A stretch of DNA of 63,549 nucleotides, counting the filler, from Reclinomonas americana ATCC 50394 (lineage: Eukaryota), in NCBI GenBank assembly GCA_048213135.1. It is 21 parts of 21 records of this genome, joined end to end, with 100 filler letters (N's around TTAATTAATTAA, not from the genome) between each part and the next. Parts side by side here need not be neighbours in the genome. Positions count along the whole stretch, not along the records: positions 24,281 to 28,084 come from AFZH01022739.1; positions 28,185 to 32,521 come from AFZH01022740.1; positions 32,622 to 34,072 come from AFZH01022741.1; positions 34,173 to 37,008 come from AFZH01022742.1; positions 37,109 to 40,337 come from AFZH01022743.1; 16 more parts are not named here. The stretch is one strand, 5' to 3'. A program made the position numbers and the translations under genes. Shown one piece after another: positions 27,770-38,779 of this stretch; the stretch's first letter is position 1; every line of letters begins with the position of its first letter. Below the pieces are notes generated by a model, which made no database searches, was not told where the DNA came from, and saw only the letters and a list, made by a program, of their open reading frames with translations.

Positions 27770-28009
27770 ATGAGTGACGGCAGCGATGGCACCGACGACG
27801 GCCACACAGGCGGTGCGTCTGGCAAGAAGGGCGGTGGCGCAAATGGCGCAGCGGGTGAGAAGCGACGACAAGTGCGCGTGGCGTGCACCTCGTGTCGCTC
27901 AGCACACGGTTTGTTTGCGTGTTTGTATGCGTCCATGGTGTGTGTATCGCTTGAAGCTCACGTCCACCACCCCGCATGCAGCCTGCTGTGACGATTCTCG
28001 GCCGTGCAA
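27770..28009 (+). CDS. Zn(II)2Cys6 binuclear-cluster transcription factor, N-terminal exons (27770-27908, 27982-28009); truncated
   Basis: Spliced KRRQVRVACTSCRSAHACCDDSRPC(K/N) matches the basic region plus CxxCx6Cx5C of GAL4-type domains; the last CxxCx6C part lies beyond the next intron or gap. Confidence 0.8.
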
Positions 28010-29032
28010 GTTGCGTGTGTGTGTGCTGCGCGCGCGGGGAGAGAGTGACGCACACAATGGAGTCTCGCAAACTCCGAATGTCGTNNNNNNNNNNNNNNNN
28101 NNNNNNNNNNNNNNNNNNNNNNNNNNNNTTAATTAATTAANNNNNNNNNNNNNNNNNNNNNNNNNNNNNNNNNNNNNNNNNNNNGCCACGACCATGTTAC
28201 AACACCCACTCGCCAGCATCCTTTGCCACCACAGAAGCTCGATCTCACACTCTTTCCTGGTCGCTTGTTCATATCTCACTGGCGATCATTTACTGTCACC
28301 CGTAGTCTCCCTCGATCGCTCGCGTGCACCACAATGTCTTGCGTGTGCGCTCTGCATGCAAGTCTCTTTCGATCGCTGAGTTGAGAGAGTGAAAACTGTG
28401 GTGTAGAGCAGAGGGAGTCTTCATCGATTGACCATAATGTCTCGTGCACGTCTTTTCTCTAGTGTGCATTCAGCCTCGGTCGTTCGCACCTCACGATCGT
28501 GTTTCTCTCGCACGCACGGCAACCTTCACTCGCCAAATCGCAGCCTCTCACTCAGTTCCTCTCGAGAGTCTCTGCACCTGTGCACTCCCAATTTACCTTC
28601 CCTCGATCGCTTTTTCGCACTGTGCTTGAGTGTCAGAGAAAGAGTGACAGAAGGAGAATGAGGCGCGATGAAGAGAGAGAGAGAGAGAGAGATACTGATC
28701 ATGTCGCTGCAGCCCCACAGCTTCTTGCTTGATCGTTTCACTCTCTCCCTTCTTTTTCCCTCTCTCTCCTCTCGCTCCCCTCTTCTTGTGTGTGCACATA
28801 ATCACAGTCTCCATCAGCCGATCTGACTGCCAGTGCTACACTACGCCTGCAACAACTACCAGGCCGTGGCCGCTGGCACTCATCTCGGCAACGGCAACTC
28901 CTGCGGCAGCTACAGTGGTGCCACCTGCAGCCAGTCTCCGTTTGACAGCTGCACGCAGTAGACAAGAGATAGAGAGAGATTCTTGCCAAGTTGAAATCTG
29001 TAATTACATGTTTGCACTTGCAACCACAGTCA

Positions 29033-32000
29033 TCACGGGCTCACAGCTGCCGCAGCTGACGGTGGCGCCAGCACAATTGTGTGATAACCGTACTCGTCTC
29101 CCGAGTCGAAACGGGCGACCGTAGTGCGACAGAGAGGACATTTGCCACGCCGCTCGACCACTTGCTGCGCGCAGTTGCGGCACATCACCTCGTGTCCGCA
29201 TGGACGCAATCGAGTGTCGCGCACATCGTAACAGAGAACGCAGGCGCGACGGCACGACAACGCAGTGAGATCGCGCATCTCCGTCACCAGTTCGTCGGCA
29301 CTCGGGCGGCGATTGGGTCGATAGTCGACACAGCTGTTTGTCGAATCATGAGGGACGATCTACGCAGTGCAAATATGCACGGGGCTGATGCTTACTACTC
29401 ACCGCATGGCCAGCCGCACAAGACGGCGACAGACGGATGTGGGCCATTCCCGACCGACGGCGGTGTCGGCCAGCAGCACAGCGGACTCATCGAGTTTCGC
29501 CGCGTCGTCGTCCTCCACCATCGCCTCGATCCACTTGTGTACCTCGGCAATCGGCTGACCGGAGAACAGTTGCAGCAGAATGAGTCCGAGGCAGTACACG
29601 TCGGCAGTCGGGCGCAGAATGCCACGCAGTGCCTGTGGATCGGCATAGTTGTGGTCGCCAGCGAACTGCACCGACAGGTGTGTCTGCTTGTCGCCACACA
29701 CTAATGAGTACATTATCGGTGGGAAGGCGAGGGACGGGAGAGTGCACACTCACCCCGGCGGTGCGGAACCAGTGCGCGATTCCCAGGTCCGAGATGCATG
29801 CCTGGCCACGCTCGTCAAACAGGATGTTGGCGGGCTTCAGGTCGCGGTGAATGACTGCGAATCATGGTTAACAAGCGAGGTCAAATCACTCACAACCGAG
29901 TTCACGGAGACTCACCATTCTGGGTGAAGTCGAGAACAGAAAGCAGTGACAGTGAGAGGGAAGGGGAGTGAGAAACGACGTCAACAAGTTGCACGACAGC
30001 GACACAAACCATCCTGTACAACAAGAAACGATGTGAAACGACCACAAGCACCCGATTTCCCACTGCAGCTGCTGTTTCACCTGTGCAACGCAGCCACGAT
30101 CTCTGAGCATCGAAGCAGGCATGTCATCCGTTCCTCGATGGCCATGACGGACAATCCGAGTGCTTGATACTCCAACAACCGGTGCTCGAGATTGTGCTCG
30201 CTTGAGAATGATCAAAAGAAAACTGCACATCAGCAACAACGAAGCAGAAGAACTGCATGCAACCAGGAATACGCGATCTCCACCAACCTCATGGCCTCTA
30301 GCACAATGCACTTCTCTCCGCGATCAGATTCGGCGAAACCAATCATGCGTACCACACCAGGCACCGTCACATTCTTCAGTTTCTCCAACTGCATCCCAGC
30401 AAATTACGATAAACACAAGATGCGATGATCATCTGGTCTCCCCACACGCAGCGCTCACCTCATTGGAGAACGACTCGATGCACCACGGCGCATCGCTGTC
30501 GAACACCTTCACAGCCACCTGCAGCTCCATCCACGTGCCAGAAAACACGCTTCCCTGTCCACCCACGCCAAGACGACGAGCAAAGCCATTTGTCATGGCG
30601 CCGACTTGCTCCCAGGTAAAGGCCGTGAGCGGAACTGCAAGAATGCTGGTCATTAGCGGCTCACAAGCAATTATCGCAACACACTCACTCATACTCACCA
30701 CGATGGTTGAGCTCGTGCTGCGCGGTGGCCAAATCTGCGGCCAGTCGTTGTGCGCGGTCGTATTCTTGCTGGCGCTGCTCGTCCATGCGCTCCAGTGAGA
30801 CTCGAAGAGCCGCACACTCCTCACGCAGGCGCTGGATAGCGGCCTCTTCCTGCGGTTGTCCACGTGCCCTCTGCTCCTCCAGCTCCTGCTGCAGGCGTGC
30901 AACATTCGCCGCACTGCTGCGACTGGCCACTTGTGTTGCATCCAATTGAGCGGTCAACTGCCCGACTCGCTGTCGCTGCTCCTCCGCCTCGTGCCGCACT
31001 TGCGCGATGGTGGCCTCGTGTTGCTGCACCAGCAGCTGCGCTGCATTCATCTGCGTGGTCTGCTCGCGAACTGCGGCTTGCTGCGCCTCCAGCTCGTGCT
31101 GCAGTTGTGCGATGGTGGCTTCGTGTTGCTGCGCCTGGGCACTCAGCTCGCGGATAGCGGCTTGCTGATCGTTCTTGTCGCGTTGCAGTTGCGCAATGGT
31201 GGCATCGCGTCGCTGCACTTGCTGTTGTGCTGCACCCACTTGGGCAGTCCGCTCGCGAACCGCTGCCTGTTGCTCTTCCACCTCGCGCCGCAGTTGCCCG
31301 ATGGTTCCTTCGTGCTGCTGCGTCATCGCCCGCTGTTGCGCCAGGTCACGCTGCAGCTGGGCGATGGTGGCCTGCGATTGTGACTGCTTGGTGCAAAGTG
31401 TGGTCAACTCCTGCGTCTGCTGCTGCACGAGGCGCTGCTGCTCGGCCAGATCACGTTGCAGTTGTGCGTTTGCAGCCTCCAGCTGCTGTTCGCGTGCTGA
31501 GTTCCCTGTCTGCCAGGTTGGTGCACAGAGAGGTCAGTGTTGGGCAAGCTTCGGTACTTGTCAGGTTTCTCTCACCGGAGAACGCACTGGTGGCGGAGCC
31601 GATGCAGAAGCAGAGGAAGCTGCAGTCGCGGATGAACAACGAGTGTGGAGGACGAAATGAAAGAGTGTCGCTGACGTACCAGATGGGGAAGTCGTTGAAG
31701 AAGCCTTGCGGAGTGTCGCTATGGCTGCTCGGGTGCGGGTAATGCGGTCAATCGTGAGCTTGGAGCTTTTGTGGTCCGGTCCCAGCACGCGACGACGCAG
31801 CGGCAACACCTCCTCGAAGATCTCCAACGCCTCCTCCAGATTGACCAAACCGCCTGCGTTGTACAGCGCGAGTGCCAAGTTATGCATGCTCGTCAGCGTT
31901 GAAGTGTGATCCTCGCCCAACACTTCACGTCTCCGGCGCACAAGGTCGCGTGAAATCCGAATCGACTCCTCGTACTCCTTGTTGTCTTTAAGTGCCAGTG

Positions 32001-32469
32001 CCAAGCGATGCAACGAATACAACACATCCTTGACATCCTCCTTGGCCCCGAGGCGCTCTTGCTTCTCCGCCGTGTCGCGCAGCAACGTAATGGCCTCGCG
32101 ATGACGCCCTTGCTTCAACAGCGCATTGCCCATGCAGGAAGCCGTAATCAACGTCTCCTTGTGAGTCGCACCCAACACGTGCTTCCTCCTCTCCAACACA
32201 TCCTCGAACACCGGCAATGCGCTCTGTGCATCTCCCGAATCCAAGAGTGCATTCGCGTAGTTGTGTGCACACACAAGAGTCCATTCATCGTCGGGGCCGC
32301 GCAAGTCCTGTAAGTCGCTCATGCAGGTTCCGTAAAGGCGCGCGGCAGTGGCATAATCTCCGCCGTTATAATGCTGCATGGCCTCATCGTACTGCCGCTT
32401 GACTTCATCGAAAGTCCGCGCACCACCTCCGCTCCGACGCATGACGACTCGCCTGTCGGACAACAACAT
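29033..32469 (-). CDS. TPR / coiled-coil / RLK-Pelle(IRAK)-like Ser/Thr kinase / C3HC4 RING protein, 910 aa, 11 exons: 32469-31680, 31619-31576, 31509-30699, 30634-30459, 30388-30288, 30200-30081, 30013-30010, 29919-29916, 29854-29754, 29683-29403, 29333-29033
   Basis: All 10 introns are GT-AG and 60-90 nt; the spliced 2733 nt are in frame. TPRs of the LGxDHxxTLxxxxNLA type; Q-rich heptads; [75 protein letters not shown]-x9-PCGH-x3-CRNC-x9-CPLC. The first intron is in frame and stop-free, so it could be retained. Confidence 0.88.
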
Positions 32470-34196
32470 GAAGGACGATGCATTCTAGCGGACGGCGGCA
32501 GCTTCCTGTCGCTGGTGCCCCNNNNNNNNNNNNNNNNNNNNNNNNNNNNNNNNNNNNNNNNNNNNTTAATTAATTAANNNNNNNNNNNNNNNNNNNNNNN
32601 NNNNNNNNNNNNNNNNNNNNNGCTGCCGGGTTTGGAACCCGGCCGCCGGGTTTCAGCAGGTCAAGGTTGTCCAGGACCCGGTGCGCCCTTGTTACACACT
32701 GCATGCACTGCAATATCCACACTGTTTGCGCATATCACGCGAGGGATGTGGAAAAAGTGCTTGTGCAGTCCAATGCAAGATGATCGACGTCGAGGGCGAG
32801 TCTGCTCATGTACATGTTATGTCGTTGAGACAGCTCTCGGCGAGAGAATCCACCAAGTACGCAATGCATGGATATTATCGAAACAGTTGCCGTCGGTCTT
32901 TCCTGCCTCGCTGCGATGTGCCATCGCAACTAATGTACGGCTCTGCAGCCTCGCACGACGATGAAATCGGCATGCGAGAGACCATTCACCTCTTGCCCCT
33001 GCCCGGTGGTCACGAACACGTACAACACCAACTCGCCATCATCCTTTACCGCCACAGAAACTCCCCTTCGCTTTCCCAAAATACTCACACGAAAGGAAAA
33101 CCACTCACGAGCGCAGCGGCGATCCACTGCGCCGTCCACTCATGTGCACCGTCTCCCGCCGCAGTACCTCCAACAGCGTGTTCGCTGACTCGACAATCTG
33201 CGGCAAACGAAGCGGGTTGGACGCGTCGAAAGCGAACAGCTCGATTCACAGAGTCTTACTCTCACGATCGATCGCTCAGCAACAGCATCTCGCTCATACA
33301 AGACCGCACCTCTCTCTCTCTCTCTCTCTTTCTCTCTCCTTCCTCACTCCCTCCCTCCCTCTTGCATGATCGCTTGCATCTCTCAGGTGATCGATACTCG
33401 CGTAAACTCTCCCTCAATTGCTCACTCGTTGCCTTCCGCAATAAACCCGTGTCTTGGCGTCTGTGCTCTCTGCATATCTCCCTCGATCGCCAAGTCGAGA
33501 AAGAGAAAATTGAGCGAGGAGCGAGAAGGGAGAGTAAGAGGAGCAATCAACCGAGTCAGCGCGACAGAGAGAAAGGCGAAAGAGTGGAGCGATAGAGCTT
33601 GGAGAGACATCGCTCAACGCAGTCTCTTGCGCTCCCTCATTTTCTCTCTTCTTCTCCATACATTCTATACCCTGACTGCCTGTCTCGATAGTAGCTCGAA
33701 AGGTTGCTCTCGTGCGCACTGCAGTCTAGATCGCTTTCACACAGCCGCTCAATCGCAGCCTATCTCAAGCAAATTGTCTAGGCGTGGGCGCTCTTTGTAT
33801 GTCTCCCCAATCGAATGTTTGAGTGTTAGGGAGAATGACACAAGGGGAAAGAGCGATCAACCAAGCGAGACTGAACATCTCCACGGCGCTTCTCGCTTGA
33901 TCGCTCCTCTCTCTTTTTTCTCTTTCTCTCGTCTCATGTATGAACGCTGTCACATCTCTGTCTCTCAGCCCCAGCCTCTGCCTGATCGCTCCTCCTCTGC
34001 TTTTTATAACTCACTTCCTCCTCTGTCAAAGCCGCAATCGCCTGATCGTTCATCCTTCCCACTTCCTCTCTANNNNNNNNNNNNNNNNNNNNNNNNNNNN
34101 NNNNNNNNNNNNNNNNTTAATTAATTAANNNNNNNNNNNNNNNNNNNNNNNNNNNNNNNNNNNNNNNNNNNNTCTCTCTCTCTCTCTCTCCTCCTC

Positions 34197-34250
<54 letters not shown>

Positions 34251-34254
34251 TCAC

Positions 34255-34646
34255 CTTTCGATACGCCGCCTCCGTATCAACAATCGTCTGATCATACGCC
34301 CTCACACTCTCATCCTTGCGCTCAAGAGACTCCTGAATGCGTTGCCACTGTTGACACAAAGAGACAGAGAATGAGTCACAGTGAGCGCAACTCACTGAAC
34401 AAGACACACACACACTCACTCGCTCATTCAAGATCGCCAAGTCGTGCTCCACTGCAAGCCGCTCCTCTTGCTCACGAAGGATCTGCGTGTCACTCAGTGA
34501 GTGAGAGTGAGAGTGACACACAGAGAGAAAGAGTGTGTGTGCAAGACCTCATGTGCAAGTTCCTCTCTTCGTTGACGCAGTGACTCTATCGACTCGACAA
34601 GCTCATTGTTGATTGCTTGCAAGTTGGCGCCAGACGCGCTGGCCAT
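34255..34646 (-). CDS. SSNA1: SSNA1/NA14/DIP13 microtubule- and basal-body-associated coiled-coil protein; last exon missing
   Basis: Spliced MASASGANLQAINNELVESIESLRQRREELAHE|ILREQEERLAVEHDLAILNER|WQRIQESLERKDESVRAYDQTIVDTEAAYRK matches family motifs LQxxNNELV and DxTIxETEAAYxK. Confidence 0.88.
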
Positions 34647-34684
34647 TGCTCTCTCCCCTTTGCACAATCAAAGTTTATGTCGTG

Positions 34685-37133
34685 TCAGTCCTCCTCGTCC
34701 TCCACCAAGAACTCTGCAATGCTGGCGCGAAGTTCCTCGCGGTTGACGCGACGTATGGCTGCTGGCCTTGTCTCGTCGTCTGTCCTCCCGTTGCGCAGTT
34801 CGGAGAGTGTTACGCGGCAGGCGTAGCAGAAGAGTGGCAGCTGCTGGGGAACGTCGTGAAGATCCGAGGTGGTGAGGGGGCCCTGGCAGAGCGGGCAGAC
34901 GAGGTCGGCGGGTGATGGTGGGGTGTGGAGGAGGTCGCAGGCGCGGAGGATTTTGTGGACGGTGGAGGGGAAGCGGGATTGCAGGTCGCAGACGAAGCCT
35001 GCAAGAGGGGGAAGGAGGGGTGGGAAGGGAGAATGAGGGGCGAGAAGGGGGAAGGGGGGAAGGAGGTCACAACCGCCACACGTACTCTCTTTTTCTTTCT
35101 CTCCTCATTCTCCTTCTCCCCCTCTCTCCCTCTGCTGTTGCAGCTGGGCAGACAAATACGACTTTAAGCCACTGTCTCGCCCAACAAGGGATAGTGTTGG
35201 AAGACACAAAGAGAAACGCGCATGCGTGACTGAAAATCGGTGAACAACCGTGGAAGTGACGAGACACAACCCGCACCCGTCTGGTGGCTGCAGTGACAAA
35301 CAGAGAACTGCAAGAGACAAAGAATAGAAGCAGAAAGTGCCTCGTGACTGCACGGCAGAGACAGAGAACAACCAGATGCGCGCAAGAGATGAATGCTGCA
35401 GCTAACCCCAGAAGCAGAGGAGGCACAACGCACAGCCGTTTGTAACATGCAGTGACGAGGCAGACGGATGAAGCCTAGAAGCGCGCAAGAAGTTGGAAAC
35501 TGCAAGATAACCCTGGAAGAACAGAGCGCAACTATCTGGTGACAGAGAGACCCACAACTGTGGCTCTGAGTGAGAGAGACGAGAGATGATGACCCGAAAA
35601 CAATTCAGAGCTGCAACGCCCACTCAGCGACAGGGATAGAACAAATCCGAACGGCTCACAGAGGCAGACAAGAGAGCCCAGATGAAAACACGCAAACACA
35701 ACGCATGTAGCAGCGGAGACAACCAAGCAGAAGGACTGCAGTGAAAAAGACAACAGACGAAGCCCAGCGGCGAGGAAGAAGTCGAATTCCCAGAACACTG
35801 CACACACAGGCGTCTAGTTATCGAGGAGGCAGCGACAGAGACCAACAAGTCAAACAGGAAGCGCGCAAGTGTTCAAGTGGCCAAGTGCTCCCTTCCTTCT
35901 CTCCCTCCCTCCCTCCCTCCCTCCCTCCCTCCCTTCCCCTGCTCTCCCCCATCCCTTCCCCTCTTCCCACCTTCCGTTAATCTATCAATACTGGACGTCA
36001 AATCCGTGCCCGTGGTCACCGCCCGCAGCACCGGAAACTGCAGACGCCCCGCGAATCGCATATACAACGCAGTCTCCGCCGCCGTCACCTCGCGCATCGG
36101 CCGCACATACGACAGCCCCAGTGCCGGCGTCCCGCCATTGCTGCGCAGCGCCACATCCACCGGCAGCGACGCACCGCGACCCTTGCCAACCGAGGCCAGC
36201 ACGCGAATGGCCAGCGACGTGGCATTGCCGCACAGGAACACCACCTCGTGTCCGTGCTCCCGCGCAAAATCCACAATCAACTGCTGCCGCAGCGCCGCGA
36301 TGAGGTCCTCGCGCGCCGTCAACGTGGACGCCGACGCCAGCCACTGTCGCAAGCGTTCCTCGCAGTCGGCGTCAGTATCGGTGACGGACACGGCGGAGGG
36401 ATCGCGCATGGCGGCCGCCAGTGGCACAATGCTCACTGCGCCGCGAGTGTAGTCGGCCAGCATGGTACGCACGGCGTCTTGAAAAGCCGCGCGCTGCACA
36501 CAATAATGAGGGAGAGGAGGAGTTGAAGGACAATAAGATGGAGGAGAACCTCCTCTTCTGGAGCCGGTGATATGGCGCACTCATCAATGTGCAGAACGGC
36601 CATTTCTATGCGGCGTGGATTGCGTGGTTGAATGCGGCCAATAAAGTCGCTCATGATGTGGAAGAGGGCACTGCGGGGGAAGGGAGGAAAATCAGGAGAA
36701 GGAGGGAGAAGAGAAGGAGAAGGAGGGAGAAGGGAACAGGGAAAAGAAGGGGGAAAAGAAGGGGGGTGAGAAGGGAAGCGAAGTGGAAGAAAGGGGAACA
36801 CAAGTGGAACACGAGAGGGGAACACAAGAGAGAACACAATGGGAACACGAGGGGAACACAAGGGGAACACAAGGGGAACACAAGGGGAACACAAGGGGAA
36901 CACAAGGGGAATGCAAGGGGAACGCAAGGGGAACACAAGGGGAACACAAGGGGAACACAAGGGGAACACAAGGGGAACACAAGGGGAACACAAGGGGAAC
37001 ACAAGGGGNNNNNNNNNNNNNNNNNNNNNNNNNNNNNNNNNNNNNNNNNNNNTTAATTAATTAANNNNNNNNNNNNNNNNNNNNNNNNNNNNNNNNNNNN
37101 NNNNNNNNCGTCTCTCTCACACACTCTCGCCAC

Positions 37134-37183
<50 letters not shown>

Positions 37184-37617
37184 TCACTCTCACTCACTCA
37201 CTCTCTGTGATTTTCTGCCCTTTTCTCACTCTCACACTCCATTTCTCCCCCTTTTCTCTCTCCCAGTCTCTCACTGACACCCTCTCACACCCTTCACACT
37301 CACTCGCACACACTTTCTCACTCTCTCCCTCACACACACAAACACACACTCTTTCATTGAAATTTCTCACTCTCACACTCACTCACCTGCACACAGCCTT
37401 CTCCCGCCACATCGCCGCCGGCTTCACCGCTGCACACTGCGAGCATCCACCTGCACCACGCGACACACCTCGACGCTGTCACACAAAACAATGTGAGATA
37501 CAAAAGATATGCCGACGTTCACTGATTTTCCGCTCTCCATCGACTCACCAGTGGCGGATCAGGCGCGTCATGGCAATCACCCTCGCCTGCACCACCTCCG
37601 CACGACGAGGATGCCAT
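34685..37617 (-). CDS. CTU2: Cytoplasmic tRNA 2-thiolation protein 2 (Ncs2), spanning the gap at 37009-37108
   Basis: N-terminal CSQC...VC; TAREDLIAALRQQLI, NATSLAIRVLASVGKGRG, VRPMREV, SIDRLTE|GFVCDLQSRFPSTV, CPLC, CYAC, acidic C-terminus. Confidence 0.85.
36848..37008. repeat. 11-bp tandem repeat (GGGGAACACAA)n in a CTU2 intron
   Basis: Direct reading, about 14 units. Confidence 0.95.
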
Positions 37618-37957
37618 AAAGGGGAAATGGAGAGTGTCCTTTGCGTCCTCGTGTCCCGAGCAACAACGTTCACGGCGTTCCACTCTGTGGGCGTATGAAT
37701 GACGGATCAGGTGCGTCATGGCAATCGCCTTCACCTGCACCACCTCCGCACGATGAGGCTGGCATTGGAAGGGGGAATAGAGGGTGTCCTCTGTGTCCTT
37801 GTGTCCCGAGCAACAACGTTCACGGCTTGCTCTTCCGCCGACTTTTAAAGACGGATCGTGCGTATCATGGCAATCGCCCTTGCCTACATTGCCTCCGCAC
37901 GATGAAGAAGCCGAGGAGTGAGGAAATCTAGAGTGTCCTTTGTGTCCTTGTGTCCCA
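37553..37957. repeat. Three ~149-bp tandem units covering the CTU2 first exon and its upstream sequence
   Basis: cggatc...catggcaatc...cctccgcacga...gtgtcct...gtgtccc at ~37555, ~37703 and ~37852. Confidence 0.85.
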
Positions 37958-38018
37958 TGCGACCTTTTTCACTTTTTCCAAGTTCTTTGTGAGAGAGTGA
38001 GTGAGAGTGTGTGATAAG

Positions 38019-38713
38019 ATGGATGTGCCTCCTGCTGCGTTGAAGCCGCTGCTTCCGTTTCTCAAGTGCAGTGAGGAGTTGGCGGAGAAGCACCCGCTCA
38101 TTGCTTATTATTGTTGAGTGTTTTGTGGAGGAGGAAGAGGAAGCAGAGAGAGAGAGAGAGAGAGAGAGCGAAGAGAGGAGAACTCTGTCTGTGTGTTACT
38201 GTGTGAGAGAGAGTGAGTGAGGATTCGATGTGTGCATTGTGATTACTGTGTTCTCCTGTGCATTGTTGTCTCGTTCTTCGCTCTCTCTCACTGCGAGATT
38301 GAGGACTCACAGTGAGCGAGACTCTGTTCTTCTTGTCCTTTCTCTCTCTCCCTGTCTCTTTCTCTTGTTCCTCCTCTGTCTTTTTCTCTCACTTTCTTTT
38401 CCCCTCCTCTCTCTCTCGCCACCCTTTCTCTGCTTCCCTCTCGTGGTTGACTGCTGTCCGCACACACGGAGCAAGCTCTGTTCTTCTCTTCTCTTTCTCT
38501 CTTTGTCTTCTCCCACTCTCTCTCCCTTTCCTCCGCTCTTTTCCTGCTTCTTGTGAGGGGCTTCTTCCTGAGCACACTGAGCAAGACTCTGTTCTTCTTG
38601 TCCTTCTCTCTCTCTTCCCGTCTCTCTCTCTCCGCTGTCCCTCTGTCAATCTCTGTTTCTCCCTGCATCCCTCCCGGTCTCTCTTTCTCTCCCTGTCTTT
38701 CTTGTTTCTTTAC

Positions 38714-38779
<66 letters not shown>

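Noticed and set aside
37553..37957. Repeat-spacer pattern as a CRISPR array
   Set aside because: Units are ~149 bp, degenerate along their whole length, overlap a eukaryotic exon, and there are no cas genes.
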